Assembly (NCBI GenBank): GCA_944388605.1
Contig: CALXJJ010000003.1
Span: forward strand, 3,091 to 67,090
Direction of reading: 5' to 3'
Origin: an uncultured Clostridia bacterium
Lineage (GTDB): Bacteria > Bacillota > Clostridia > TANB77 > CAG-508
Length of the DNA: 64,000 nucleotides
This document shows, one piece after another, positions 11,443 through 22,289 of the stretch; within the stretch, counting starts at the first letter, position 1; each line of letters opens with the position of its first letter. Made by a program: the position numbers and the translations under genes. Under the pieces are notes generated by a model that was not told the DNA's origin, ran no database searches, and saw nothing but the letters and a program-made list of their open reading frames with translations.

Positions 11443-11982
11443 TTATTTCTTACCTGCTTTACCTTCTTTACGTCTAATATGCTCTTCAGCATATTTAATA
11501 CCTTTACCTCTATAAACTTCAGGTGGTCTTTTAGTTCTTACAACAGCTGCTGTTTGACCAACAACTTCTTTATCAATTCCTCTTACTGTAATATGGTTAG
11601 CATCTGGAACATCAAAAGTAATTCCTGCAGGTGGATCCATTTCAACTGGATGAGAATATCCTAAATTCATTACCAATTTATTTCCTTTTTTCTGTGCTCT
11701 ATACCCAACTCCATTTATTTCTAAATCTCTTTTATATTCATTAAGAACTCCTTCAATCATATTATTTATTAAAGTTCTTGTTAGTCCATGTAAACTTTTA
11801 TTAAAAGGCTCATCATCAGGTCTTATTACAGTTATAGTTTTATCTTTTAATGAAACATTCATATTTTTGTGTAAATCTTTTTCTAAAGTTCCTTTTGGTC
11901 CTTTAACTGTAATATGATTACCATCTATTTTAACATCAACACCATCTGGCACTGTAATAGGCTTGTTTCCTATTCTTGACAT
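11443..11982 (-). CDS. rplF: 50S ribosomal protein L6
   Basis: MSRIGNKPITVPDGVDV... Confidence 0.95.
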   Translation of the reverse strand: MSRIGNKPITVPDGVDVKIDGNHITVKGPKGTLEKDLHKNMNVSLKDKTITVIRPDDEPFNKSLHGLTRTLINNMIEGVLNEYKRDLEINGVGYRAQKKGNKLVMNLGYSHPVEMDPPAGITFDVPDANHITVRGIDKEVVGQTAAVVRTKRPPEVYRGKGIKYAEEHIRRKEGKAGKK

Positions 11983-12081
11983 AATTTTTCCCTCCTTTTT
12001 ATTTATTAAAATCTATATATCATTTATTTTATTCAAATACATTATATCTTTCAACATAATATCAAATTGGTTTATTATTTA

Positions 12082-12480
12082 TTACCAAACATAAGCTAAT
12101 ACTTCTCCACCTAAATTAGCTTCTCTTGCTTCTTTATCAGTTTTTAGCCCTTTAGATGTTGATACTATAGCAATTCCTAATCCATTTAATACTTTTGGTA
12201 ATTCATCTTTTGATGCATACACTCTTAAACCTGGTTTACTAATTCTTTTTATTCCAGAAATAACTCTTGCACCTTTATCATCATATTTTAAACTAATTCT
12301 TATAATACCTTGATTTTCATTTTTTATTTCTTCATAAGCTCTAATATATCCTTCTTTAAATAATATTTCAGCAATTGCTTTTTTCATATTAGATGCTGGT
12401 ACATCTACTGTTTTATGCTTAGAGCTGTTTGCATTTCTTATTCTTGTTAGCATATCTGCAATAGGATCTGTTATGTTCAA
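12082..12480 (-). CDS. rpsH: 30S ribosomal protein S8
   Basis: [14 protein letters not shown]. Confidence 0.95.
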   Translation of the reverse strand: MNITDPIADMLTRIRNANSSKHKTVDVPASNMKKAIAEILFKEGYIRAYEEIKNENQGIIRISLKYDDKGARVISGIKRISKPGLRVYASKDELPKVLNGLGIAIVSTSKGLKTDKEAREANLGGEVLAYVW

Positions 12481-12516
12481 ACTAATTCCCTCCTTTATGA
12501 TTTTCTATAGTTTATA

Positions 12517-12702
12517 TTACCAACTTGCTTTCTTAACACCAGGAATCTCACCTTTATGTGCTAACTCTCTAAAACAAACACGGCAAATTCCATATTTTCT
12601 TATATAAGCATGTGGTCTACCACAAATTTTACATCTATTATATTCTCTTGTTTTGTACTTTTGTGGTCTTGCTTGTTTTACTTTTAATGATTTTTTAGCC
12701 AT
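12517..12702 (-). CDS. rpsZ: 30S ribosomal protein S14 type Z (zinc-binding)
   Basis: [10 protein letters not shown]...[38 protein letters not shown]. Start at MAKKS, preceded by AAAGGAG RBS. Confidence 0.9.
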   Translation of the reverse strand: MAKKSLKVKQARPQKYKTREYNRCKICGRPHAYIRKYGICRVCFRELAHKGEIPGVKKASW

Positions 12703-12875
12703 TTTTTTCTCCTTTCTCAATTTTTATCTTATATCAAATTACTATTTCACTATAATTATCTTTAAATTAATCAAAAGCGAGTATTGCTAGGAAATCTAGC
12801 AAAAAAGTTTGAAATAATACTTTGTGTATATTGAGAACTTTTTTGTGACTTGACAATGCAAGACGAAGCTTTTCA

Positions 12876-13415
12876 TTAATTTTTAAATGGCATTCCTAAT
12901 AGAGTAAGTAATTCTTTAGCTTCTTCATCTGTCTTTGCTGTTGTCACAAATATAATATCCATTCCTCTTATTTTATCTATTTTATCATATTCAATTTCTG
13001 GGAATATTAACTGCTCTTTAATACCCATTGAATAGTTTCCTCTTCCATCAAAAGAATTAACTGATACTCCTCTAAAATCTCTCACTCTTGGAAGTGCTAC
13101 ATTGAATAGTTTATATGCAAAATCATACATTTTTCCTTTTCTTAATGTTACTTTACATCCAATATTAACACCTTCTCTTAATTTGAATGCTGCTATAGCC
13201 TTTTTAGACTTTGTAATAACTGGTTTTTGTCCTGTTATTATTTTTAAATCATTTACAGCATTATCTAGTGATTTTGGATTGTCTTTAATATCTCCTAATC
13301 CTATATTTATAACTATTTTTTCTAATTTAGGAGCCTCCATCACAGATTTATATCCAAACTTTTTCATTAAAGCTGGAAGTACTTCTTTTTCATATTGCTC
13401 TTTTAGTATTTCCAT
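12876..13415 (-). CDS. rplE: 50S ribosomal protein L5
   Basis: 179 aa L5. Confidence 0.95.
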   Translation of the reverse strand: MEILKEQYEKEVLPALMKKFGYKSVMEAPKLEKIVINIGLGDIKDNPKSLDNAVNDLKIITGQKPVITKSKKAIAAFKLREGVNIGCKVTLRKGKMYDFAYKLFNVALPRVRDFRGVSVNSFDGRGNYSMGIKEQLIFPEIEYDKIDKIRGMDIIFVTTAKTDEEAKELLTLLGMPFKN

Positions 13416-13448
13416 AAGTCTAAATAGACCTCCTTTCTTTTATTACTC

Positions 13449-13760
13449 TTATTTGATTTTTGTATTACATTTTTTACATACACGAATTTTCTCATCTTTT
13501 TCTATGCTAAATCCTATTCTTGTAGGTTTACCACATTTAGGGCATATAACAGCTACTTTACTTATATGTATAGGACATTCTGATGGTATAATTCCTGCTT
13601 GTTCACCTTGTTTTCTTTGTTTCACATGTTTCTTTCTTACATTTACACCTTTAACGATTATCTTTTCTGATTTAGGTATAACCTGTAAAACTTCTCCTGT
13701 TTTACCTTTGTCATTCCCTGATAAAATCATTACATTATCGCCTTTTTTTACCTTTAACAT
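13449..13760 (-). CDS. rplX: 50S ribosomal protein L24
   Basis: KOW motif, MLKVKKGDNVMILSGNDKGKTG. Confidence 0.95.
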   Translation of the reverse strand: MLKVKKGDNVMILSGNDKGKTGEVLQVIPKSEKIIVKGVNVRKKHVKQRKQGEQAGIIPSECPIHISKVAVICPKCGKPTRIGFSIEKDEKIRVCKKCNTKIK

Positions 13761-13791
13761 TTATTTTTCGCCTCCTCTAGGTTTTAACATT

Positions 13792-14160
13792 TTATAAAAC
13801 TTCTGGTGCTAGAGAAAGTATTTTCATATAATCCTTATCTCTTAGCTCTCTTGCAACTGGTCCAAATATACGTGTGCCTCTTGGGTTTCCATCTTCTTTT
13901 ATAATAACAGCTGCATTTTCATCAAATCTAACATAAGAACCATCAGCTCTTCTTGTTGGTTTCTTTGTCCTAACAACAACGGCTTTTACTACGTCTCCTT
14001 TTTTTACAACTCCTCCTGGTGTTGCAGTCTTAACAGAAGCTACTATAATGTCACCGATTCTAGCATATTTTCTATATGAACCGCCTAAACATCTAATACA
14101 CATAATTTCTTTTGCTCCAGTGTTATCGGCTACTTTTAATATAGTTTGTTGCTGTACCAT
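13792..14160 (-). CDS. rplN: 50S ribosomal protein L14
   Basis: [28 protein letters not shown]. Confidence 0.95.
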   Translation of the reverse strand: MVQQQTILKVADNTGAKEIMCIRCLGGSYRKYARIGDIIVASVKTATPGGVVKKGDVVKAVVVRTKKPTRRADGSYVRFDENAAVIIKEDGNPRGTRIFGPVARELRDKDYMKILSLAPEVL

Positions 14161-14189
14161 TTTACGATTCCTCCTTTTTACATTGCTAT

Positions 14190-14453
14190 TTATTTAATAA
14201 CTGCCTTTTCTAAGATTTCAACTATTCTCCATCTTTTATCTTTTGACAAAGGTCTTGTTTCCATAACTTTAACCTTATCTCCAGTATGGCATTCATTCTT
14301 TTCGTCATGAGCTTTTAATTTATATGTTTTTTTCTGAATTTTTCCATAAGTTTTATTCATTTCGCTTGTTTCAACAGCTACTACTACTGTTTTATCCATT
14401 TTATCAGAAATAACTGTACCAATCATGACTTTACGAAGATTTCTTTCTTCCAT
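14190..14453 (-). CDS. rpsQ: 30S ribosomal protein S17
   Basis: 87 aa S17. Confidence 0.95.
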   Translation of the reverse strand: MEERNLRKVMIGTVISDKMDKTVVVAVETSEMNKTYGKIQKKTYKLKAHDEKNECHTGDKVKVMETRPLSKDKRWRIVEILEKAVIK

Positions 14454-14471
14454 TAGAGTATCTCCTTTCTA

Positions 14472-14684
14472 TTATTTATTCTCTGCTAATTCTCTTTCTC
14501 TTAAAACTGTATTTATTCTTGCAATGTCTTTTTTCACTTCTTTTATTTTCATAGGATTATTTGAATTTCCTGATTTTAAACTAAATCTTAATTTAAAAAG
14601 TTCTTGTTTCAATTCTCCTAATTCTTTCTCTAAATCTGGTGAAGACATTTCCTTTATTTTATTTATCTTCATCTTTTTCACCAC
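14472..14684 (-). CDS. rpmC: 50S ribosomal protein L29
   Basis: [22 protein letters not shown]. True start may be an internal Met (overlaps rplP 3' end). Confidence 0.9.
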   Translation of the reverse strand: MVKKMKINKIKEMSSPDLEKELGELKQELFKLRFSLKSGNSNNPMKIKEVKKDIARINTVLRERELAENK

Positions 14685-15102
14685 CTACTTCAGTTTCCTT
14701 CTTTACAAATTTACATTTTACTGATAATTTGTTAGCTGCAAGTCTTAGTGCTTCTTTTGCTGTTTCTTCTGAAACTCCAGCAATTTCAAACATAACTCTT
14801 CCAGGTTTTACTGGAGCTACCCAATATTCAACAGCACCCTTTCCTTTACCCATACGAGTTCCTATAGGTTTGCTTGTCATTGGCTTATCTGGAAAAATCT
14901 TAATCCAAACTTGACCTCCTCTTTTTATATAACGAGTCATAGCAATACGTGCAGCTTCTATTTGGTTTGATGTTATCAATCCTATTTCTAAAGATTGAAG
15001 ACCAAACTCACCATTTGTTACTTTGTTACCTCTTGTTGCCTTTCCTCTTATTCTACCTTTTTGCAATTTTCTATATTTTGTTCTTTTTGGCATTAATGGC
15101 AT
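14659..15102 (-). CDS. rplP: 50S ribosomal protein L16
   Basis: [20 protein letters not shown]. Confidence 0.95.
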   Translation of the reverse strand: MPLMPKRTKYRKLQKGRIRGKATRGNKVTNGEFGLQSLEIGLITSNQIEAARIAMTRYIKRGGQVWIKIFPDKPMTSKPIGTRMGKGKGAVEYWVAPVKPGRVMFEIAGVSEETAKEALRLAANKLSVKCKFVKKETEVGGEKDEDK

Positions 15103-15761
15103 TATTTGTCTCCTCCTTCCACTTTCTTTTTAGCTGGAAGAACTTCACCTTTATATATCCAAACTTTAACACCGATTTTTCCGTAAGTAGTATCTGCTTC
15201 TGCAAATCCATAATCGATATCTGCTCTCAATGTTTGAAGTGGTATTGTTCCTTCTTTATAGAATTCTGTTCTAGCCATATCAGCTCCACCTAATCTTCCT
15301 GAAACTGATGTTTTAATTCCTAATGCTCCTGCTTTCATTGTTTTTTGCATGCATTGTTTCATAGCACGTCTAAAAGAGATTCTTCTTTCTAATTGTCCTG
15401 CTATATTCTCAGCTACTAATTGAGCATCTATATCTACATTCTTTACTTCTATAATATTTAGGTTAACCTCTTTACCTATCATTTTCTCTATCTCAGCTTT
15501 TAAGCTTTCAGCAAAATTTCCACCTTTTCCTATTACTAATCCAGGTTTTGCTGTATAAACATTTACCTTAACAAATTTAGCTGTTCTTTCAATTTCAACT
15601 TTTGAAATACCGCTAGTGTATAACTTCTTTTTTACATATTCACGAATTTTATGGTCCTCTATCAAATAATCACTGAAATGCTTTTTATCAGCATACCATT
15701 TTGAGTTCCAATCTTTGATGATACCTACTCTTAATCCATGTGGATCCATTTTTTGTCCCAT
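15102..15761 (-). CDS. rpsC: 30S ribosomal protein S3
   Basis: KH plus S3-C domains, [13 protein letters not shown]. Confidence 0.95.
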   Translation of the reverse strand: MGQKMDPHGLRVGIIKDWNSKWYADKKHFSDYLIEDHKIREYVKKKLYTSGISKVEIERTAKFVKVNVYTAKPGLVIGKGGNFAESLKAEIEKMIGKEVNLNIIEVKNVDIDAQLVAENIAGQLERRISFRRAMKQCMQKTMKAGALGIKTSVSGRLGGADMARTEFYKEGTIPLQTLRADIDYGFAEADTTYGKIGVKVWIYKGEVLPAKKKVEGGDK

Positions 15762-15781
15762 GTCTTAATCGTCCTCCTTCC

Positions 15782-16117
15782 TTATTCTCTCTCTCCTAAT
15801 ACTATTGTTATATGGCTTGTTCTTTTTCTTATTCTTACTGCAGAACCTTTTGCTGCTGGTCTTATTCTTTTTAAAGTAGGCCCTTGATTAGCATATATTT
15901 GTTCTACATATAATTTAGAATGTTCCATATTATGATTATTTTCAGCATTTGCAATTGCTGATTTTAATAACTTTTCTATAATCTCAGATGAAGCTTTTGG
16001 AGTAAATTTAACTATAGCTAATGCTTCATCAACATTTTTACCTCTTATTAAATCTGCAACTATTTTCACTTTTCTTGATGAAATCCTTGCAAATTTTAGT
16101 GTTGCTTGTGCTTCCAC
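15782..16117 (-). CDS. rplV: 50S ribosomal protein L22
   Basis: 111 aa L22. Confidence 0.95.
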   Translation of the reverse strand: MEAQATLKFARISSRKVKIVADLIRGKNVDEALAIVKFTPKASSEIIEKLLKSAIANAENNHNMEHSKLYVEQIYANQGPTLKRIRPAAKGSAVRIRKRTSHITIVLGERE

Positions 16118-16166
16118 TTTGTTATCCCTCCTTCTTTAATTTAGGAATTATTTAACTAAAATAATT

Positions 16167-16442
16167 CTAGCTCTTTGTTGTTTTTTCTCCTGCATGACCC
16201 TTAAATGTTCTTGTAGGAGCAAATTCACCTAATTTATGTCCTATCATTTCTTCAGTAATATATACTGGTACATGTTTTCTACCATCATGAACAGCTATTG
16301 TATGACCAACCATTTGAGGATAGATTGTAGAAGCTCTTGACCATGTCTTTAATACTTCTTTATTACCATTTTCATTCATAGCTTCAATTCTTTTTAATAA
16401 TTCTGGTGCTATAAATGGTTTCTTTTTGCTTGATCTTGACAT
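16167..16442 (-). CDS. rpsS: 30S ribosomal protein S19
   Basis: [19 protein letters not shown]... Confidence 0.95.
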   Translation of the reverse strand: MSRSSKKKPFIAPELLKRIEAMNENGNKEVLKTWSRASTIYPQMVGHTIAVHDGRKHVPVYITEEMIGHKLGEFAPTRTFKGHAGEKTTKS

Positions 16443-16456
16443 ATTTTATTTCCTCC

Positions 16457-17284
16457 TTACTTTCTTCTCTTTACTATAAATTTATCAGATTTTTTATTTT
16501 TCTTTCTTGTTTTATATCCAAGTGCTGGTTTGCCCCAAGGTGTCATTGGTCCTGCATGACCGATAGGTGCTCTACCTTCACCACCACCATGTGGGTGATC
16601 TACTGGATTCATTACAGATCCTCTAACTTCTGGACGTTTACCCATATGTCTACTTCTTCCAGCCTTACCTAATTTTATGTTTTCATGATCTTGATTACCA
16701 ACTGTTCCAATTGTTGCTCTGCACACAACCATAATTAATCTCATTTCTCCTGAAGGAAGTCTAATATGTGCATATTTTCCTTCTTTTGCCATTAATTGAG
16801 CTTCCTGACCTGCTGCTCTTACTAATTTACCACCTTGCCCAGGATTTAACTCAATATTATGAATCATTGTACCAACTGGAATATTTTCTATTTTCATACA
16901 ATTTCCTGGTTTTATATCAGCTTTATCACCTGATACAACTTTATCTCCATCTTTCAAACCTAATGGTGCTAAAATATAGCTTAATGTTCCATCTTCATAT
17001 TTTATTAATGCTATATTTGCACTTCTATTTGGATCATATTCTATACCTACAACAGTAGCTACCATATCATCTTTTTTTCTCTTAAAATCAATTATTCTAT
17101 ATTTTTGTCTATTACCTCCACCTTGATGTCTTACAGTAATTCTACCATATGAATTTCTTCCTGAATTTTTCTTTTTTACATCCAATAAAGATTTTTCAGG
17201 TGTCTTTTTTGTTATTTCATCAAATGTAGAAACTGTCATGTTTCTTAATGATGGAGTAATTGGTCTAAATCTTTTTGTTCCCAT
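16457..17284 (-). CDS. rplB: 50S ribosomal protein L2
   Basis: 275 aa L2. Confidence 0.95.
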   Translation of the reverse strand: MGTKRFRPITPSLRNMTVSTFDEITKKTPEKSLLDVKKKNSGRNSYGRITVRHQGGGNRQKYRIIDFKRKKDDMVATVVGIEYDPNRSANIALIKYEDGTLSYILAPLGLKDGDKVVSGDKADIKPGNCMKIENIPVGTMIHNIELNPGQGGKLVRAAGQEAQLMAKEGKYAHIRLPSGEMRLIMVVCRATIGTVGNQDHENIKLGKAGRSRHMGKRPEVRGSVMNPVDHPHGGGEGRAPIGHAGPMTPWGKPALGYKTRKKNKKSDKFIVKRRK

Positions 17285-17338
17285 TTTTTTCTCTCCTTTA
17301 TAATTTATTTTCCTGGTTTATTTCCAGATAATTTTATT

Positions 17339-17686
17339 TTATGCTCCTATAAATTCATCTATTGAAGTCTTATATTTCTTTTGAGCTTTAACTTGTTTTC
17401 CACCTTTTGTTAAATAAGTACTTTCTCCTACATTAGTATCTATTTTAACAATTGCTTTTTTCCAGTCAGAAGTTTTTCCTACATATCTTCCAACTCTTTT
17501 TTCTTTTCCTTTAACCATCATTGTGTTAACTTTTAATACTTTAACATTAAATAGTTTTTCTACAGCTTTAGCTATATCAACTTTTGTAGCCTTTTTTGCT
17601 ACTTTAAAGGTATACTTTCCTTCCTGAATTTCTTCATTGCTTTTTTCAGTAACAACAGGTTCTATTATAATTTCCTCTGCTATCAT
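17339..17686 (-). CDS. rplW: 50S ribosomal protein L23 (with C-terminal extension)
   Basis: L23 core followed by about 20 extra Lys-rich C-terminal residues. Confidence 0.9.
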   Translation of the reverse strand: MIAEEIIIEPVVTEKSNEEIQEGKYTFKVAKKATKVDIAKAVEKLFNVKVLKVNTMMVKGKEKRVGRYVGKTSDWKKAIVKIDTNVGESTYLTKGGKQVKAQKKYKTSIDEFIGA

Positions 17687-18309
17687 TATGCGTACACCTC
17701 CTCTAATTTTTTAACTGTATCCATTGTTATAACTAAGTTTTTGTATTTTAATAAATCATATACATTAATAGTATTTACTAAAGTTGTTTTAACTCCTTCA
17801 ATATTTCTTGCTGATTTTTGCACTTTTTCTTCTCTTTCAGGAAGCATTATTAGTGTTTTTCCTTCAGCTTTAATATTTTCTAATATTCTTACCATTTCCT
17901 TAGTTTTAATTTCTTTTAATTGTATATTATCTATAACTATTAATTCATTTTCTAAAACTTTAGAACTCAATAAAGATTTTATTGCTAATCTTTTTTCTTT
18001 TTTATTAACAGTGTACTTATATGAACGTGGTTTTGGTCCTAATGCTATACCACCTTTTATCCATTGTGGTGCTCTTATAGAACCTTGTCTTGCTCTACCA
18101 GTTCCTTTTTGTCTCCATGGTTTTTTTCCTCCACCACGAACTTCTGCTCTTGTCTTTGTACTTTGTGTACCCTGTCTTTGATTTGCTAAATAATTAACTA
18201 ATACACTGTGTACAACTTTTTCATTTGGCTCTATGCCAAATATTTCGTCTTTTAATTCTATGCTTTTTACTTTTTTACCTTCTATATCGTATACATCTAT
18301 TTTTGGCAT
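17686..18309 (-). CDS. rplD: 50S ribosomal protein L4
   Basis: 207 aa L4. Confidence 0.95.
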   Translation of the reverse strand: MPKIDVYDIEGKKVKSIELKDEIFGIEPNEKVVHSVLVNYLANQRQGTQSTKTRAEVRGGGKKPWRQKGTGRARQGSIRAPQWIKGGIALGPKPRSYKYTVNKKEKRLAIKSLLSSKVLENELIVIDNIQLKEIKTKEMVRILENIKAEGKTLIMLPEREEKVQKSARNIEGVKTTLVNTINVYDLLKYKNLVITMDTVKKLEEVYA

Positions 18310-18323
18310 CTTTTCTTCCCTCC

Positions 18324-18953
18324 TTATGCTTTAACACTTGATTTTATTTTTAAGATAGAACCTTTTGCTCCAGGTACACTACCTTTAACTAAAATTACAT
18401 TTTTATTTAAATCAACTTTTACAACATCCAAATTTTGTATTGTAACTGTTACTCTTCCCATATGACCTGGTAATCTTTTTCCTTTAAATACTCTACCTGG
18501 TGTTGAAGTTGGTCCCATTGATCCTGGTCTTCTATGATACATAGATCCATGTCCCATTGGTCCTCTTGATTGTCCATGACGTTTAATAACGCCTTGGAAT
18601 CCTTTTCCTTTTGATATTCCTTGTATGTCTACTTTATCACCAACTGAAAATACATCGGCTTTTAATTCATCTCCAACTTTTAATTCATTAATATCATCTA
18701 TTCTAAATTCTCTTAAATGTTTTTTTAATGTTAATCCCGCTTTTGTAAAATGACCTTTTTCAGGGTTTGTTAATTTACTTTCTTTAACTTCTCCATATCC
18801 TAATTGTATAGCATTATATCCATCTGTTTCCACAGTTTTTACTTGTGCTATAATACAAGGACCTGCTTCTATAACTGTTACTGGAATAACTTTTCCTGTT
18901 TCATCAAATACTTGAGTCATTCCAATTTTCTTTCCTACTAAAGTTTTATTCAT
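18324..18953 (-). CDS. rplC: 50S ribosomal protein L3
   Basis: 209 aa L3. Confidence 0.95.
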   Translation of the reverse strand: MNKTLVGKKIGMTQVFDETGKVIPVTVIEAGPCIIAQVKTVETDGYNAIQLGYGEVKESKLTNPEKGHFTKAGLTLKKHLREFRIDDINELKVGDELKADVFSVGDKVDIQGISKGKGFQGVIKRHGQSRGPMGHGSMYHRRPGSMGPTSTPGRVFKGKRLPGHMGRVTVTIQNLDVVKVDLNKNVILVKGSVPGAKGSILKIKSSVKA

Positions 18954-19026
18954 TTTTTCCTCCTAACTATTGGCTGATAAGGTTAAATTTACATGTCTAT
19001 GTACTATCAGCTTAGTTTTAAAAAAA

Positions 19027-19350
19027 CTATAATTTTATTTCTATATCAACACCTGCTGGCAAATCAATTTTCATTAAACTGTCAACTGTTTTTTGTGTTG
19101 GGTATAAGATATCTATAACTCTTTTATGTGTTCTCATTTCAAATTGCTCTCTTGAGTCTTTATCTTTATGTGGAGAACGTAAAATTGTTACTATCTCTTT
19201 TTCTGTTGGTAATGGAATAGGACCTGAAACTTTTGCTCCTGTCTTTTTAGCAGTATCTACTATCATTTCAGCAGACTGTTCTAAAACTCCATGGTCATAA
19301 GCTTTTAATCTTATTCTAATCTTCTCACTTTCTACTTTGTTTGTTTGCAT
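19027..19350 (-). CDS. rpsJ: 30S ribosomal protein S10
   Basis: [20 protein letters not shown]... Confidence 0.95.
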   Translation of the reverse strand: MQTNKVESEKIRIRLKAYDHGVLEQSAEMIVDTAKKTGAKVSGPIPLPTEKEIVTILRSPHKDKDSREQFEMRTHKRVIDILYPTQKTVDSLMKIDLPAGVDIEIKL

Positions 19351-19566
19351 TTTGCATTTCCCTCCTTCTATATTTATGGTCGGAAGCTATAAACGCACCC
19401 TGGTGTTTCTTTTTTTACCAATATAAAATCCAAAGTCTGCATGATAACTTTGGGATAAGTGCTTTTTTTATTAAACTTACCGCCTGGTCTAAGCCATAAC
19501 ATACTCCATAGGAGTTCCCTCCAACCTCAGTTGTAGCCACATCCTACTTCATCGCTTTTTTCATGC
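19351..19566 (-). promoter_or_regulatory. long (about 215 nt) GC-enriched 5' leader of the S10 operon, candidate autoregulatory leader
   Basis: Lies between the predicted promoter and the rpsJ RBS GGAGGG. Higher GC than flanks with several local hairpins. Confidence 0.4.
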
Positions 19567-19572
19567 TTTTAT

Positions 19573-19601
19573 ATTATACAATGCTTTTAGACTTATGTCA
19601 A
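19573..19601 (-). promoter_or_regulatory. sigma-A promoter of the S10-spc-alpha operon
   Basis: Minus strand TTGACA-17 nt-TATAAT (-35 at 19596-19601, -10 at 19573-19578), perfect consensus. Confidence 0.55.
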
Positions 19602-19701
19602 TACAAAAAATAAGAAATTTTCATATTTATATTTACTATCACTGGTTTAATCTATTATATTTTATTTATTATAAAAATAAAATTTATCTCATCTACAAGT
19701 T

Positions 19702-19735
19702 TTGACATTTTTTTCAAATAGTACATGCTATAATT
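19702..19735 (+). promoter_or_regulatory. candidate promoter for Spo0E-like gene (TTGACA ... extended -10 TGcTATAAT)
   Basis: TTGACA 19702-19707, TGCTATAAT 19727-19735. Spacer is long (22 nt) but the -10 is extended. Confidence 0.3.
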
Positions 19736-19819
19736 AAAAAAATAGTTCCATTATACTAACAAATCAATTAACAAATATGAAATAAAATTTATTCTTCATA
19801 CAAAATAGGAGTGATACAT

Positions 19820-19966
19820 ATGAGGATAGAATTATTAATTTTAAAAAACAGAGCAAAACTTGAGCATATGATAAAAATAGGAGCTCCCTATGAAAAAATA
19901 TTAAAACAAAGTCAACTGTTAGATAAATACATAAATGAAAAAATGAAAAGGTTAACTTCAAAATAG
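19820..19966 (+). CDS. Spo0E-family sporulation regulatory protein (aspartyl-phosphate phosphatase-like), 48 aa
   Basis: Not in ORF track (<60 aa). RBS AGGAGTG then ATG. Product MRIELLILKNRAKLEHMIKIGAPYEKILKQSQLLDKYINEKMKRLTSK matches the Spo0E-like helical hairpin pattern (L..SQ.LD..I). Confidence 0.6.
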   Translation: MRIELLILKNRAKLEHMIKIGAPYEKILKQSQLLDKYINEKMKRLTSK

Positions 19967-20057
19967 TTAGCCTTTTCTAATATATAACATCTATTGAGCA
20001 TAAATTTACTAAACTGATAAATATAAAAGTATAAATTTTAATGCTTTCCCATTTGCT

Positions 20058-21650
20058 CTATTTAATTCTTTCAAATATTGGTTCTATATTTTCAATATCT
20101 TTACATTTTTTTACTTGTATATATTCCCAGCAACATTCTTCTATTTCTAAGAATCTCCTAACTTTTTTAGATGACTCAGGCATAAAAGGTTCATATAAAT
20201 TAGATAAATTAGCAATAAGGTTACAACATGTATATATAGTATTATTAAATTCTTGTATATTCTCTTTTTGCTGTTTCCATGGCTGTTTTTCCTCATAAAA
20301 TTTATTTCCTTCTTCAACTAAATCTCTAATTAATAAAACTGCCTTTTTAAATTCCAAATTTTCAATTGCATTTCCCACATCTTTATATGCTTTTTCTATT
20401 AATTCCTTCATATATTTATTCATAACACCATCAGGTATTTGTTTTAATCCTTTATATTTTAAAGTTCTATTTATGAGATTTCCATATTTATTAACAACTT
20501 CCGCATTACTTATAGCAACAAATTCTTCAATAGAAAAATTACTATCCTTCCTTTCTGGTCCATTTCCTATTAGATAATATCTAATCATATCAGAATTATA
20601 ATTATCTAGCATCTGTCTTATTGTTATACCATTTCCTTTGGATTTAGATATTTTCTCTGAATTTATATTTAAGTATTGTGTTGCGACCATATAATCTGGC
20701 AATTTATAATCTTCTTCCAACGCTAATAATAAAGCTGGTAATATTATAGTATGAAAGGTTATATTGTCTTTTCCATGTGCCATAAAAATCAAATTATTTC
20801 TGTCATTTTTCCAATAATTTTCCCAGTTTAAACCTTTTTCAATACAAATTTTTTGACATGCTGTAATATATCCTAAAACAGCCTCTATCCATACATACAT
20901 TTTTTTGTCTTCAAATCCTTTAATAGGTATATCGATTCCCCATTCAAGATTTCTGGTTACTGCTTTTTCTGGCAAACCTTCTCTTAAATACTTTTCAGTT
21001 TCATTTTGAGAACTAATTCTCCAATTTTTTTTATTTTTTTCAACATATTTTTCAATCTTATTTTGTAATTTTCCCAATGCTAAATATAAATTCATATTTT
21101 CTTTTTGAACTGTTTCACTTCCACATGTCTGACATTTAGCCCCAATTAAGTCTTCTAACTTAGGCTCATATCCACAATCACACATATCTCCTTTAGTTTC
21201 TTTTCCACAAGAAGGACAAGTTAAAATCAGCTCTCTGTCTGCCACAAACTTATTGCAATGTTCGCAAAAAGGTTGTAAATCTTTTTTAGCATAAATATAT
21301 CCATTATCATACATCTTTTTAAACAACTCTTGTACTTTCTTTTTATGAAATTCATCTTCTGTTTTAGTATATAAATCATATGAAAACTGCATGTCATTAA
21401 AGCAATCTGTAAATTCTTTGTGATATGATTCTGATATTTCTTTAGGAGTTTTGTTTTCTTTTTTTGCTCTAATTGTAATAGGAGTACCATGGCAATCCGT
21501 TCCAGAAACATAAAGTACATTATCTCCAATTTGTCTATAATATCTTGCAAGAACATCTCCAGAAATTAATCCTGCTACATGTCCAACATGTAAAGAATTA
21601 TTAGCATAAGGCCATGCTCCTCCTATTAATATATTTCTTTTATTATGCAT
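20058..21650 (-). CDS. metG: methionine--tRNA ligase (short form, no C-terminal tRNA-binding domain)
   Basis: HIGH (HVGHV), KMSKS (KISKSKGN), zinc knuckles CPSCG/CQTCG. Confidence 0.95.
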   Translation of the reverse strand: MHNKRNILIGGAWPYANNSLHVGHVAGLISGDVLARYYRQIGDNVLYVSGTDCHGTPITIRAKKENKTPKEISESYHKEFTDCFNDMQFSYDLYTKTEDEFHKKKVQELFKKMYDNGYIYAKKDLQPFCEHCNKFVADRELILTCPSCGKETKGDMCDCGYEPKLEDLIGAKCQTCGSETVQKENMNLYLALGKLQNKIEKYVEKNKKNWRISSQNETEKYLREGLPEKAVTRNLEWGIDIPIKGFEDKKMYVWIEAVLGYITACQKICIEKGLNWENYWKNDRNNLIFMAHGKDNITFHTIILPALLLALEEDYKLPDYMVATQYLNINSEKISKSKGNGITIRQMLDNYNSDMIRYYLIGNGPERKDSNFSIEEFVAISNAEVVNKYGNLINRTLKYKGLKQIPDGVMNKYMKELIEKAYKDVGNAIENLEFKKAVLLIRDLVEEGNKFYEEKQPWKQQKENIQEFNNTIYTCCNLIANLSNLYEPFMPESSKKVRRFLEIEECCWEYIQVKKCKDIENIEPIFERIK

Positions 21651-21948
21651 TTTTATTCCCCCTTAATTATATATTATTACTTAAATGCAGTGCATTTTTA
21701 ATACACTACTATTTTTATATTTATTCTGTAATTTCTATATCTTACTATATAAAATTTCTCATCCATAAAATAATTCATTCTATTTAATATTATATTCAAT
21801 TATCTTAATTTTTTCAATAAATTTTTAAATTTGGCAAATATATATCACACTTTACTGATAAATATATGCTTTAAAATACCAAACTATAGTTTATAATTTA
21901 ACATAAATTTTTAAATTTGGCAATGCTAGTTGGCAAATTTTTATTATA

Positions 21949-22115
21949 CAATAGGAAAGTTATCCTTTCCTATTGTATAAAAGTCGCTACGCTCTAACGA
22001 CTGCACACAATTTTACTTGCGTAAAATTGGCTTAGGAACAAATTTACTAAAAAGCCAACGAGAAAATATTAAATTAGTACAAATTTTAAGGCTTTCCGAT
22101 TTGTTCTTTTATTGG
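21949..22115 (-). repeat. copy of short interspersed hairpin repeat (TAGGAAAG..CTTTCCTA plus GAACAAATCGGAAAGCCTTAAAATTTGTACTAATTT motif) in metG leader
   Basis: Shares more than 35 nt near-identity with copies at 31215-31269, 32405-32470 and 2804-2830. Terminal hairpin caataggaaag-gttat-cctttcctattg. Confidence 0.45.
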
Positions 22116-22207
22116 ATTGTTTTCTAATCCATAGTATAATTTATTTAATTTACATATCTCCTCCTTCATTCACCCCAAAAATCTGATGTGCAGATAGAGT
22201 AAAGTAT

Positions 22208-22253
22208 AAAGAGTATACCGAAAAGTTTACATAAACTTTTCGGTATACTCTTT
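22208..22253. terminator. 19-bp perfect palindrome (terminator-like hairpin)
   Basis: aaagagtataccgaaaagtttac-ataa-acttttcggtatactcttt. Confidence 0.4.
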
Positions 22254-22289
22254 ATGATTTGACATTATAATTAATATTTACTCTTTTCT

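Noticed and set aside
19764-19961. 65-aa minus-strand ORF
   Set aside because: Antisense to the better-supported Spo0E-like gene (which has an RBS and family signature). No RBS.
21651-22115. T-box riboswitch upstream of metG, and L-box upstream of asd/dapA
   Set aside because: No AGGGTGGNACCGCG T-box sequence or specifier-loop architecture. asd and dapA leaders are too short (43 and 110 nt) for an L-box. The shared sequence is the short repeat family instead.
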